A stretch of DNA of 64,000 nucleotides. It comes from Isurus oxyrinchus (taxonomy: Eukaryota). This document shows, piece after piece, positions 24,089 to 36,360 of the stretch. The notes under the pieces are model-generated. The model searched no databases and had not been told where the DNA came from. It worked only from the letters and a program-made list of their open reading frames with translations. How positions within the stretch are numbered: the stretch's first letter is position 1; each line of letters opens with the position of its first letter. The DNA lies in contig JANJGN010000034.1 of assembly GCA_026770705.1 (NCBI GenBank), forward strand, positions 11,470,001 to 11,534,000, written 5' to 3'. The position numbers and the translations under genes are program-made.

Positions 24089-25475
24089 CTGATGTTTTAA
24101 AAAGTACATTATTCATCGTCATGACCACTGATCATGGAACCAAATTACGTACGACATGTTGAAACTTTCAGTAACTATTATTTTTTTTTAATTGCCCCAC
24201 AAACATAAATTGGCTAGTACTGTAATGCCACCATTTGCCGGAAAATTCCGATGTGGATTGCACTTGTCCAAATAGTCCAAAAGACAGAATATTGCACCTA
24301 ATCAATGTTTTCCAGAATAGGGCAGTCACGTCAATCATGAATTAATCATTTTCTTTATAACTTTTAGAAGAGCACTAGGCACTTCAATTGCACATTCTCT
24401 GAGTGTATATTTGCATGTAAATGTGTGAGTAAAGGCTATAATGTTAGATTGAGCGTGAAAATAAGCAATTATCTTTATTTAAACGCACAATCAGGAGGCT
24501 ACCGGTTATTCAACTTGTCCACACTTTCAAGGGATAATAAACACGTGTCTTTCCTTCAGAATTTTACTGATTACAGACAACTGGGAAGGGAGCAGAGATT
24601 TCCCTGCTTCTCTCGGTCACACTGTCCGTAACAGCCTCCGCCCACATCCCACCAGCTCATGTCATGCTTCCCAAGGCGCGGGACAAATTGAAGCTAACTT
24701 CACCCATATCTTTGGTGTTCATTACGTGGCATGGGCTTATCACTGGAATCAAGAGTGATCACGAATCTGGAGCATTAATACTGTTACCTTAAATCAGCTT
24801 TCTCAGTTTGTGCTTTGTTTGCATTTTGCAAGGGAGACTTAAGTTTTTGGCCCACAGCAACAACATTTTGCATAACTAGCCAAAGATAAACACTCAGTTC
24901 ACAATATAATCAAACTACAAGTGTTATTCTCAACCGCACACCCCGAGTTCAACCTCCTCAGTGGCAAGTGTTTAAACTGGACTCACGAGATAGGGTCATT
25001 TGTGAGCCCACAGAGAAAACAATTGCCATAAAATTATTATTATTTTGTTGTAAAGCCTGACGAGTTCAGTAATGCCCTTAGTGGCAAATAGCATTTCACG
25101 CCATTCACTCTATATCAAGTTATAAGTTTTGGCAACCACTGAATACTATGAGGACACCTGGAGATCACAATTGAACACTGCCTTGTCATGTGATATTCCT
25201 GCCTTGTGAAGAAATGAGGAGACATGACGCTGTGGAAACTGAAAGGAAGGCTCCCCTTTGAGGGAGAAAGTGGATCAATGAGACAGAGTTTTAAAATAAG
25301 GGTCATAATCAGTGCAGCCACGAACTTATTAAATAGTGGAGGAGATTGGAAGGAGCCGAATGGATTTCTCAGGCTCCTGATTCGTCTGCACGTTTGTTCT
25401 TAAATGGAAAATCCTACATTCCGTTTGCTTTTTTAAAAGATGGCAGATGACGTATGAAATGTTCTTTCAACATAC

Positions 25476-25519
25476 CTCATCAAGTCACTGTAAACCGACC
25501 GATCGTGCACTTGTAATCC
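25476..25519 (-). CDS. Gene A cytoplasmic exon 4 (second half of ITAM)
   Basis: ttaacag|GLQVHDRSVYSDLM-AG|gtatgt; 44 nt. Completes YMGL-x7-YSDL. Confidence 0.85.
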
Positions 25520-25649
25520 CTGTTAAAATTAATAATATATTTGTTTTTTTAGTGAACAACAATAGAGTGCGTTAAAAGAGAACTGAGGTGAAATATAGGA
25601 TAAATAGTCAGTGAATGAAATAAAAGAATGCACAAAAAAATATCCTGAC

Positions 25650-25691
25650 CATATAAGTAGAGTCTTCCTCAAGTGGTTTTGTAGCTTGCTC
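25650..25691 (-). CDS. Gene A cytoplasmic exon 3 (first ITAM tyrosine)
   Basis: tttacag|EQATKPLEEDSTYM|gtcagg; 42 nt, phase 0 to 0. Confidence 0.85.
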
Positions 25692-26167
25692 CTGTAAAAA
25701 TGCAATTTGAAAAACGATGTATAAGCAGGTACACAAGAAATCCATGTGATTACTTCATAATTTAGAACGATTAGAATGTCATATATCCCACAATAAAAGT
25801 TATACCAATTTCCCTAAAATAAATAGCCCCAAATTACATTTCAGGGGTGAATGTTCATTACTAGCACGTGGTGAAAGAGGAGCAACAGCGCACAGAATAT
25901 TCATTTCACTCAGCACTCGGTTATCATGACTGTGGTAAAATTGAAAATTGACGCCAATATTCCATGCTGCAACAGGAGCATTGTTTGATAATCTTATAAA
26001 AACAGGAACCAGTCCACTAACCGAGTAAGGCAAAGAACACCGAAACCCCTACCCTAGTCTAACTTATTGCCAAATCGAGTTTACTCCGACTGCATGAACA
26101 TTGATATTGTTATCCTCACTGGAATGAACTCGCCAATGTGACCATGTTTTAATACAATTGTACCAAC

Positions 26168-26232
26168 CTTTTGCTTTCTTGGAATATTTTCGTAGGCTGA
26201 TGCTGAATTCTCCCCTATTGCAGCAGGGCTGC
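26168..26232 (-). CDS. Gene A cytoplasmic exon 2 (intact; SAYENI motif)
   Basis: ctcacag|(S)SPAAIGENSASAYENIPRKQK|gttggt; 65 nt, phase 1 to 0. Confidence 0.8.
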
Positions 26233-27629
26233 CTGTGAGAATGAAAAACAGTTAATCACATCTCCACATATAATCACAGAATCATACAATGACAGAGCAC
26301 AATCGGAGGTCATTTAGCCCACCATGCCAGTATCAGCTCTTTGAAGGTGAAATACAATTAATCCCATTCCTCAGCCATTTTCTCACACCCTTGTAAGTAA
26401 GTTTCCTTAACGTGCATATCCAATGTCCTTGTCAAACTGATATTCAATATGATTCCAACAAATGTTTATGTTATGCAACCCGATCATAGCAATTCGCTGC
26501 CTAAATAAAAAATTACACCTCACGCAGCTGTCTTTTTGGGAACTAGATTTCATTTTTACCACCTATGGCTGCTTACAGTTTCTCCTAATTTCCTCTATCA
26601 CGATATTTCCCGATTTTGAACACCTCTGTAAAATCTCCCATCAGCCTCCCTGCTTTAAGGAGAATAAGCCGAGCTACTCCCATTCTTCCACGGAGCTAAA
26701 GTCCTACATCTCTGGTGCTATTTCTGTAAATGTTCAGTACACACTCCTCAAGACAGTAACATTAGTCCTGAATCATTGAACCATGTACATGCCAATAGAG
26801 TGAGAACGGTTGCTTCATGTTCTGAGGCATTGCAGCTTTTGTTTCTTAGTTTTCTCTTTCTGTTTTCTGGGGTGGACTCCGTTCGTGCTAATTTAATGAT
26901 TTCTTGAGTTGTCGGGTCAATTTTACGAACTAAGGGTACACTTGGAACAGCCGTAATCAAGGAATGAAAATTGGTGGGAATCTAGTTCTACGTTTTTCAA
27001 TATAACGCAGAAGAGATATCAAATCGGCTGCTGGTTCGCCATCATCTATTCTACATTAGAGAGATGGGCGCAATTGTCCTAGGTATTTCATCATGTGGGT
27101 GTTCCTGAAGCTGACAGATTCACACTTTGAGCACCCAAGTAGCAGAAAACACAATGGTTAGTTCCAGGCAAAACCTTTGTCTCAACGTCAGCTCTGTATG
27201 TGTACACAAATCTATTCGGTTTTGAACTTTCACGAGGAATGTGCAACTCACTGTAAAATGAAGCTTTCGCATGAAAATAGATACAGAAGCATATATTGGA
27301 TGTTATTGGTGTCAACGTATTTTCAGTCAGATATAATTTGCATGAACGATTGCTTCTTTTCACCATTCACAAGTTAGTGAAACCTATATTAAACAGAATG
27401 TTGAGCGATAGCCATGTTGATCCGAACTTCTTTTAAAATAGCGTTTAGCTGTTAGGCAATTGTGCCTAAAAGTGCTCAACAAGAACAAGTTTATCTACAT
27501 TGATGTGCAAACGCAAAGATTCATAAGTCTGCCCGATGTATGCTTATTTGAATGAACTTCAACTCATAAAGCACTATTGACCCCTGCAACCATACATTCA
27601 ACATGGAAATGCTAAAGTATTTCACTTAC

Positions 27630-27685
27630 TATTTTCTGTTGGACTAATGTTCGTTGCAATTTGCCCTTGCGTTGGTTGTTGCTTC
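27630..27685 (-). CDS. Gene A cytoplasmic exon 1 (intact)
   Basis: tctttag|(W)KQQPTQGQIATNISPTEN-A|gtaagt; 56 nt, phase 2 to 1, matching both neighbours. Confidence 0.8.
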
Positions 27686-28268
27686 CTAAAGAAATGTAGT
27701 GCAACATAATAAAATAAACATTTTCAGGACGATATAATATTGCAATCATGATCTGCAACAGAAATCCTATTTGATAATGTCTTATTATTAGTGAAAAATA
27801 TCTTCCTAACTGGAAGGAACAAATTTCATCATGCTGGGCAACATCGACATTATTTTATTCTTTTATGGGACGTGTCGTCGTTAGCTGAGCCAGCATTTTT
27901 TATTGCCTATCCCTAATTGCCCTTGAGAAGACGGTTGTGAGCTGTCTTCCTGTGCCGCTGCTGTCCATATGGCGCAGGAGCACCTAAAACAGTTTGAGTA
28001 TTTGGAAGATGCAAAACTAAGTAACTGCATCAGCAACAGTAGTGGAGCGTTATCATATAAGAGTGGGGAACTAACAGTAGGTGATTTTTGTCAATCAGAA
28101 ATATAAACGATTATTATTGACTGTGTAAACCTGACTTATAAGTATATAGACTTGGACAGAGACATAAACATATTTTGAAACAACCTTTCGCGCATTTCCT
28201 TTGATTCAATTCATCAGGCTATAGACAAACTACTAAAGGTGCAGATAACATTTACATAGACTATTTAC

Positions 28269-28392
28269 CAGCATACTTTCTTTTTGATCAGCCACGCGCT
28301 TATCCCGCCGATCATTCCCAGAATAAGTAGAACAGCAATCACGATGCCTGCTTTGTGACCACTGCCTAATTCAGTGGTGGAGGAATGTTGTC
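28269..28392 (-). CDS. Gene A transmembrane exon (intact)
   Basis: ttttcag|(x)QHSSTTELGSGHKAGIVIAVLLILGMIGGISAWLIKKKVC-TG|gtaaat; 124 nt, phase 1 to 2. AGIVI start resembles the CEACAM1 TM; KKK stop-transfer cluster follows. Confidence 0.9.
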
Positions 28393-31300
28393 CTGAAAAT
28401 GCAATAAGAACAGATATTGAAATGAATATCAAATGCCGGAATCAATTAAACTCCTGTAGCAATGGGCCGGTATTTAAACACATTTTGCCATAACGCTTGA
28501 TTGCTGCTAAACTTCAACATTCCAAGGAATAAAAATGGCCATCACAGTGTTCTTTCGAGCGAATGTGACACGTCATTTAAATACAAGCCTCTGCAGCTGC
28601 AAGGACAACCAGGTAATTGAGTTTTTACGCTCTTGATCTCAAAATATTTTAAAAATTTCTCTCTACAGCTCTTAATGGGCCAATCAAGTGCTGAGCATCA
28701 AGGAATGCAATCCCGACTGTTGGCCGTGTTGTCTTCCAATTTTTCAGGAAGCATTTCGTTTGATTCCCAAAAATATTAATTCCTTTCCTCAACTGAAGCC
28801 TACATTTCACATCTTGTCAACTTCCATTTTCTTGTGCCTTGAAACCAGGTGGATTTCCCTTGGCAATCCCCTTCTGTTTCTCATCTACCTCATGCATCAG
28901 TGGCAACATGCCAAAACATATAGCTAAATTTTATGGGGCGCTGTGGTCCCCATACCCAGGAGTGAATAAATCGGGAACCAGCCAATCCGCACTTCTGGCC
29001 CCTGCATGGAAATTCCTATGCCGAGCAGACAATTGAGGGATAAGAGTGGTGTTGGGGTGGGAGAGGGGCTGAAGTGGACAAGCCAGTGTCGGGAGAGGAA
29101 CAGGGAGACGGAAGACCTGCCGGTCCCGCCAACGCGCTATAAAATTAGCCACATCTACATTCTTGAAAACAGGGTGCTAGTCATTTGCCCATCGTCAAAA
29201 TGGATGCAGAAACTGGCTGCATTAAATCTATTCCTCAGGGAAATGTTCACTGTGTAATGGACAAAGTCTCAATGGGCCAAACTCCGCCACTTTAGGACGA
29301 GGAAAGTGTGCTTTCTAACTCAAGTTACCCGGGAAAGGCAACATTTCTCAAAACTTTGACAATCCGGAAAAGCAAGCCGTTCCCGCTGCTACCATGCAGT
29401 GCCTCCGTGAATGGTACTTTCCACTAACAAGATGCTGCCTCAGCCCAAAAAGAATGCTCTGCCTATCACACAACTGAGCACCGCCATGCATCAAATGCAG
29501 TGCCGTTGTGATGCCATCTGAATAAACCGTATGTCCCAGTGATTGGCTGATCGAATCAAGCAGCATGTTATATTGGTTGTGCATAAGAGTGTTAAACGTT
29601 AAAAACAATGGTAAAAGTAGAGCCTAGGGAACAGATACTGGTATCTTGAAGCAGCATAACCTAATATGGCCAAACTGAAACCTAAATATAATTTTGATAT
29701 GCACAGTACGTCTTTAATCTGGAAATCTGTAATAGCAATGCTTTTTATTCCGACGATGCATTTGGCAACAACTCACTTTGCACATCCTCTTGTGTGTTGA
29801 GTTTCTCTGGGCCACTGACTAAATCCAAGTGACCCTGTCCTCCAAAAGGAGAGCAGCGCTAACACAGAACAACTGAACCCACAAATGATAACGTGTATGG
29901 CGGTAAAGTGGCATTAGTGTAGCAGAATTGAGTTCCCACAGCTATATACATTCTTACAGCAATGAATGGCTCTCCCTCTTTAGTGTACTGGAGACCGACA
30001 ATCTATAGGCAAGCGAGGGAATTCATGCCTTTGATGATTAAGACTACAGCCCTATATCTGCGAAATGCTGAGTCAAGCACAGTGGTTTGCTTATTGAAGC
30101 CACGCTCTAATTGCACCAAGCAAAGCAAGGGGGAAAACAGCCCAGTAATAATTATTTTTATATATATATTTGGTCACTCAAAGATCAAACGTAAGATTTT
30201 TCACACAAGAAAATCAGCGCTTCTAATTTGAGGAGAAATATTTGTCGAAGCATGTCAGAAATAGTTATTTTTAAAATAGCATTGGTGTATGTAATCGGGA
30301 AATCATTGCATGAGCAAAATTTATTTGTATTTTTGCTTCGCAGTCTTCAAACTGAGCATGTTACTGCATAAATAACAGATGTTTATGTATTTCGGTAATA
30401 AAATGTCAGAGCCTCTCCATGCACATGGAACCCGATTACCGAGTCTCTGCTCATTCTTACAAACTTCAACAGTTCACCTCTTCGCAAAATTCATACTCAA
30501 GTAAATATTAATGATGTCACATGCTTTCGGGAAAAAGAACATCTAAGTTTAGCGAAGTCGCGGATTTTCGGCAGCCAAAGCACAATTTAAATAAATTCAC
30601 AAGTAAACACCAGAATTGTGAAATTGAACCTGGGAGGGACGTAAACCAGGTAATATTATATATATTTCCAGTTACAAGCCTCGCACTAAATTCAGGTCCA
30701 TTTAAGTATATGAAGTTCATTATTGAACGTGGTGAATAACAAGAGAGAAATGCAACACCACCCAGCATGCATCCTTGTCCGGTCTAATATCCCTCGCTAA
30801 TTATTGGCGCACAAACATTTTAGGATGAGTCGATGTCTACATGATAAATATCCGAAATATGAGTGCATGTTAACAATTGTGTTTCAGCTTGTTACAGTCT
30901 ATATCTATTCTGGTTGTGGTTGACTTGCAGTAACACAGCACAAGTTTGAACCATCCCTGCTTAATTCAGTTTTTATTTGTAATAAAAAACTTGCAAATAC
31001 CAGTCAGCATGAATAGAGAAAAGATATAATCCTGCATGATCAATCTGGATGAAGCTACTTGTGAAAAACCTTGGAAAGGGCAATGCAGAGCGTTTCCTCG
31101 AACTGTAAGCAAGATTTCAGAAAAGTGTCAGTCAGAAGCAGAAGAGTTAATTACAAGCATCGGGGCTACGGGCCCTGGGTTACCAAAAGAATTAAACAGG
31201 CTGCAACGTTCAACAATGTACGCTGACATTTTTTGAAACATGCAAGGAAGAAGACCATTCGGCCCAAGGTGCCTTGCAGACTCATTCAACTGTCCATCCA

Positions 31301-31869
31301 AATTGCCTCACTCCCTTGATCCTGCTCAAGGTGACCTTAAAATGTATATTCAATTCATTTACGGAAAAATAATATTGCATTTGTTTTCATCACACTAAGA
31401 CGGAACACTCCAGACTTCTGTAATTTTCTGCAAAGAAAATGATTCTCATCTCCCCTAGCTGTTTCGCCAATTATCGTAAATCTGCATTGTCAAGTTGCCT
31501 ATTCTCCAACCAGTTTCCCCTCATTCACTCTATCAAGCCCGGCATAATTTTGTAACCTCTACTTTACCTCATTCACAGGAAATCTGAAATTCTTTTGAGT
31601 GTGCACACCCCTGAAGTTACTCATCCCATATATCATTCTGTTAAGTGCCCCCTCCTACCTCCACAAAAGATCAGCGTACTTCGCAACGTATGGTGCAGTG
31701 AAAGGACATATAAATGTCGAGTGTAAAGTACTGAATGTAGGAAGACAAAGATAAATGGATGAACATGCCCTGCAAAGTATGTTGGTGCAAAACCATTAGC
31801 ATCGAAATAGCGTAGTGAATGCAATAAAGTTGAATTTTCGCAGGAAGAACACGACAGTAGGTAAAAAAA

Positions 31870-32395
31870 ATCAAAGGTAAAATTCAAAAGGAGTTTCGGG
31901 AGCAGAAAGGCCTGAGGTATATGTATGCATAAGTCATTGAATATGACAGGATCAGTTGAGTGAGTGCTTAGTAAATATACCTAGGCTTTATTAATGACGG
32001 CATTGAGTTATGTTAAACTTGTATAGTACACTGGACCTGCCTCAGCTGCAGTATTGCGTCCAATTTGAACGCACTACACTTAAGGAAAGACCTGAAGGCG
32101 TTTGAGTGTGTGCAGGTAAGTTTCAAGAAATGGTTGCAGTGTTGAGAAATTTCAATTATCTTGAAAGTTTCAACAGGTTAGGACTTACAGGGAGAATAGA
32201 AGTTGAGAACTGGTTGGATTAGAGGGAGAAAATCATGGGGCACTGAAAAGCGTAGACCGTGAAAAATGCTCACATTAGTGGAAGGATTGAGGACAAAAGA
32301 AGCATCGAAGACATGAGGAAAAACTTTGTCAAGCAGCTAGCGGTTGAGATCTGGAATGCTTGACCAGAGATTGGGCGGAGGGAGGTTCAATCGAG
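31870..32395 (+). mobile_element. CR1 LINE RT C-terminal remnant
   Basis: gttatgttaaacttgtatagtacactg..cctcagctgcagtattgcgtccaattt corresponds to the CR1 motif VML.LY..LVRP.LEYCVQFW. Confidence 0.7.
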
Positions 32396-32644
32396 CCACG
32401 AGGTAACGACATTGGAATTGTATTTCAGAAGCCCAGGCGAACTGTATGACGTAGTGAGTTCAAATTCCACCGTGGCAGCCAGAGAAATTTTAATTCAACA
32501 AATAAATTTGTAATTGAAATCTAGGGTCAGTCATGGTGACTATGAAAGCATCATCAATTTTCTTAAAAACCCATTTGCTTCACTCATTTTTATTCGGGAA
32601 GGAAATCTGCATCCCTGCCCTAGCTAACAGGCCCACGTTTAATC

Positions 32645-33300
32645 GGGGTATCTGTACTACAATGAAAGCCAGTCCAGCAAGCATCCAGTTCACTCAAAGA
32701 TCTGTGGCGTCTGCGGGTGCGTTAAGATATACGAGTCATGAAAGCTTCCTGGGTATCTAGCACAAACATGTCGGGTCTGCCTTCTGTGATCACAAATAAG
32801 CTGGGCGTTCAGAAACTGAAATTCTTTCCAATTGATGAATCTCACAGGCGGCTGACAGGGAACTCAGAGGGCTACATGTGTGCAGCAGATGGCGCCCTGC
32901 ACTTGTGGGTAACCACATATTGATGTGAATACAACAGCTCTGGCAGCCTGGCTTTTGCAACCATCGTGGAGCTTACAGGTGAGCTCTATTGAAAAAGGTA
33001 TCTGCCAAATGTAATATTTCCCACATGACCCATTGGAGCCCTGGAATTATCTGCTGGCAAAAAAAGTGAAACGAAGCTGTTACCTTCAAAGCCAGCTGCA
33101 TGGGATGCCCTCCAACTCCTTGCAGCATCGGTTGTTCACGGAGAAGGTGGCAAAAGTGAACTACCAAGTTGCTGGACAACCGAAGGCGACTGCAGCATTG
33201 TCATCTCTACGTTCCCGTATATCTGCGGAGATTTCTGTATACCAGTGGTGGGCCACTGGTGTTCAATGAATTATCCTCTCTTTGGGAGCACCTTGGATTC
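32645..33300 (-). mobile_element. PIF/Harbinger DDE transposase relic
   Basis: VVHFCHLLRE..GVGGHPMQLALKVTASFHFF, then GYPQVQGAICCTHVAL*..FINWKEFQFLNAQLICDH..HVCARYPGSFHDSYIL. Matches HARBI1-family motifs (GAIDCTH, NRKGFHS.N.Q..CD, PGS.HD). Contains stops and frameshifts. Confidence 0.9.
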
Positions 33301-33849
33301 TTGGGACGCCGCTGCTTCTTGTAGCTCATGTCGCTGCACTCTCTGGGCCTGTATGAAACGCCAATGGGCCCTTCTTCTCCTCATTGCATTAGAGCGATAA
33401 TCAAGGCCGGTTGCCTGCATCCGGCATTCTGCACTTTCAATTGTCTCTGTCAATGAATGCATTTCAGAATTTACTGAAACTTTTCCTTCACAGGTTTCCT
33501 TCCACCTCTGGGCCAGGAGGCCAATGCAAAGACTTTGGCCTGAACTCCCTCTGGATGTGCATCCTCAGGCCTCCCCTTGAAAGTGTCGAACATACTGGAG
33601 GACCACAAGTGGCCGAGCCTGCCCTTCAGACATGACTGTGCATGACTACGACCATGTGCGAGAACCCTGTCATGAAGAGGTATTAATGTCTATAGTGTCA
33701 CTGGAAAATATGTTAAAATTACAATTAGTGCAATCTGCATCTACATGTGTGCCTAAGCGTATGTCTGCGTGTGTCCTAACTTGGTTAATGCCAGCTAGTC
33801 TGAGTGATTTGATGCATGGTAGCTCAAGATGTTAATTGGATAAATAGGT

Positions 33850-34498
33850 GAAAGGCCATTTTCGATTCGCATTTGTTGAATAAACCATTCAAAAGAATGG
33901 TTAAAATCTTACAACCAGATGGGAGATGCCAAGCAATGCGTTTATATTACGAATAAAATCGATGCAATGAAAGGATTATCGTTTAGAGAGGTAAAATTAA
34001 AAACCTAGCAACACAATAAAAACTCTGCATTCAAAGCAGATGCTAGGTATATGCAGAAAGAAGTTTGTATCTATAAGTCAGAGGCATTTAAGATCTAACC
34101 AGCCTGTAAGCCAACAACTGTGTCTGCAAAGGAAGCAGATTGAAAGGATCCTCACATTGAATTCTTAAGATCAAATGTGCTTTGTCTGATGTCTGTTTGA
34201 AGTCTCTGCATTATTAGTGCCATGGTGAAGTTTTACCTGGAAGTGAATAATGTTGGATTTGTTTAAAAGATATTGTGCGAGTCATTTGTGGAAACGTATA
34301 TGCACTTAATTTGTTGTTAACTTAATAAACGTTTAATTTAGTTTTATACAAAAAAACCTCTTTAGGCCTGGTGGTTTTATTCCTGATTTCAGAGCTGCAT
34401 TTCAAACACACGAATTAGAAACATAGGTCATGACCGTTGTTCAAGTATCCTTATGGGATTTAAACAACTCAGCCTTTAGCAACTGCCGTGTCATAACA
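33850..34498. mobile_element. Possible LTR fragment
   Basis: AT-rich, internal aataaa (~34324), ends gtgtcataaca. Left boundary unclear. Confidence 0.3.
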
Positions 34499-36099
34499 AA
34501 TTCCCATCAGTGAATTGTCAGCAGGCCTCCCTGAGACTGAACACTCTATGCAGAGAACATATCCTTGTCATAATGGCAACAGGATAAGCATTGTGCTTTG
34601 TAATCCAGGACCACTTAACTGGGATTAGTGAGGCTTGGAGTGTGAACATAAACTGTGCAGAAGCCGTGGTCCTTGAATGATTCAACCGCCATTCACTTCC
34701 ATATGCCTTTTGGAGGAACAGATGGCTAAACAAACCAACTCAAATGTAGCTCCAAAACTCAATGGATTCTCGAATGAATGCGCACCCATTAGTCAAGGAG
34801 CAATAATCAATGGATATTTAACCCTAAAAGCCAGGTCTCAGCTGGGCCTTGTTATCCATGGCTTGAACAAACAATTAATAGGGTTTCCCATCCCTCCACC
34901 CAAAGGATTATCCCTGACCTCCTCCCAGACACCTCTCATATCGAGATTTTCACATTTGTTTTTCAACTGAGTCCTTACTGAGTAAAGAAAAAGATGATTA
35001 TTCTGACGCTTGTGATTACGAACGACATCCACCAACCTCCACCTGCCAAACACCAGGTCCCTCTGTCCTCCTGCATAGCCACTGCCTCCTAATTCCACAC
35101 CATCGTGTGACCAGCGTATCTTCCATTATTACCCTTCACCCCAATATAGTTCATACGGATATCCATTTTCTACTTCACCCCACAATTTCCTACAATGTTC
35201 ATATCCCGACGTTCGTTGTTAGTGTGACCCCTTCCCTTCTCGAGGCAACAGACAACGTTACTTTCCGAAATCCCCACCCTCCACCATGAGACCATCCAAT
35301 TACCTGCTGGAAATGCCTTCCTTGAACATGGCTCTGCCCTCTGTATCCCGGTAGAAAGCCCTGAAATCCCAGGAACAAATAGCTGAGATGAATAGTCACA
35401 TCCTGCCCACGATTCCCAGAATGACAGCCATTGCCCATCGAAGCCTTTCCTGATGCAAGACCAGGACCAATACTTATGTCACACGTAGGGACCTTTAGCA
35501 AGGCCTGGGCACAGTGGCCACATCCCCTGGACAGTCTCTTAAACTTGTCCCCTGAACAATGTTACACCCTTCCCTAGGCAATCTCTTAAACTTGCCCCTC
35601 ATGGACGCTCATTCACCCTTTCCCTCTGGTCCACCTGCAACCCCTCTTCCCCAAGCCCTGCCACCATCATACACTTCACCCTTTGTCGGGCCCCCTATGC
35701 CCAGCCTTGGTGCAGTTTGTGCGATAGGCACCTGAAATATCTCAATAACACTGTAGAAGTTAGATGAAAGCATCGCCTACTAGCCTTTCAATTGTGAACG
35801 CAGTGAGAGATCGCCATTCCATGCTAGATATTTCCAGTCATAAAACAGAACGACCAATTAGCCGCTTTTAGGGAACTTAGTTTGGACGGGGAATGTGATT
35901 TCAGCATGTTGACCTTTTAGTAAGCATTCATGACATTCTAATAAATGCAGATGGGCATCCCTCACATTGCTAATCCGGAAACCCGACCTGCCTTTAAGCT
36001 GCCTGCAATGTTGGGAGAAGAAAATCCCAAATTTTTTGCCTGCTGTCGGGAAACTGTTCTTGGCCTGTGACTGAGAAGCTGTGGGATCAGTAAGGCAAG

Positions 36100-36360
36100 G
36101 AGATGGCCCCAGGATCTAGTGATGTTGCCCAGGATCTAGTGATGTTGCCCAGGATCTAGTGATGTTGCCCTGCACTCACAATGCCGAGGTGTTGAACATG
36201 GCCAGAAGGCCATGTTTGGACAATGTGTAAGAAGTCTCCAAAAAGTGACCCTGAAGAGGGAGTGAGAGCTTGTGGCAAAGATTGTGAATGCCCAAAGCAT
36301 CTCACCTCAGACCTGGCAGTAGTGCCAATAAAGATTTAATGACCTCGCTTTGGGCAAGGT
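36100..36360 (+). mobile_element. Harbinger Myb/SANT-like ORF relic
   Basis: LKRE*ELVAKIVNAQSISPQTWQ*CQ*RFNDL matches W..VA..VNA.S...RTW.QC.KKFNDL. Confidence 0.7.
36111..36170 (+). repeat. Perfect 20-bp tandem repeat x3 (aggatctagtgatgttgccc)
   Basis: Read directly; no spacers. Confidence 0.97.

Noticed and set aside
31036-31236. ORF with CEKPWKGQCRAFPR, Kunitz-like
   Set aside because: The remaining Kunitz cysteines and aromatics are absent and there is no exon context; likely chance.
36111-36170. 20-bp direct repeats as a CRISPR-like array
   Set aside because: Head-to-tail with no spacers, inside a eukaryotic transposon relic.
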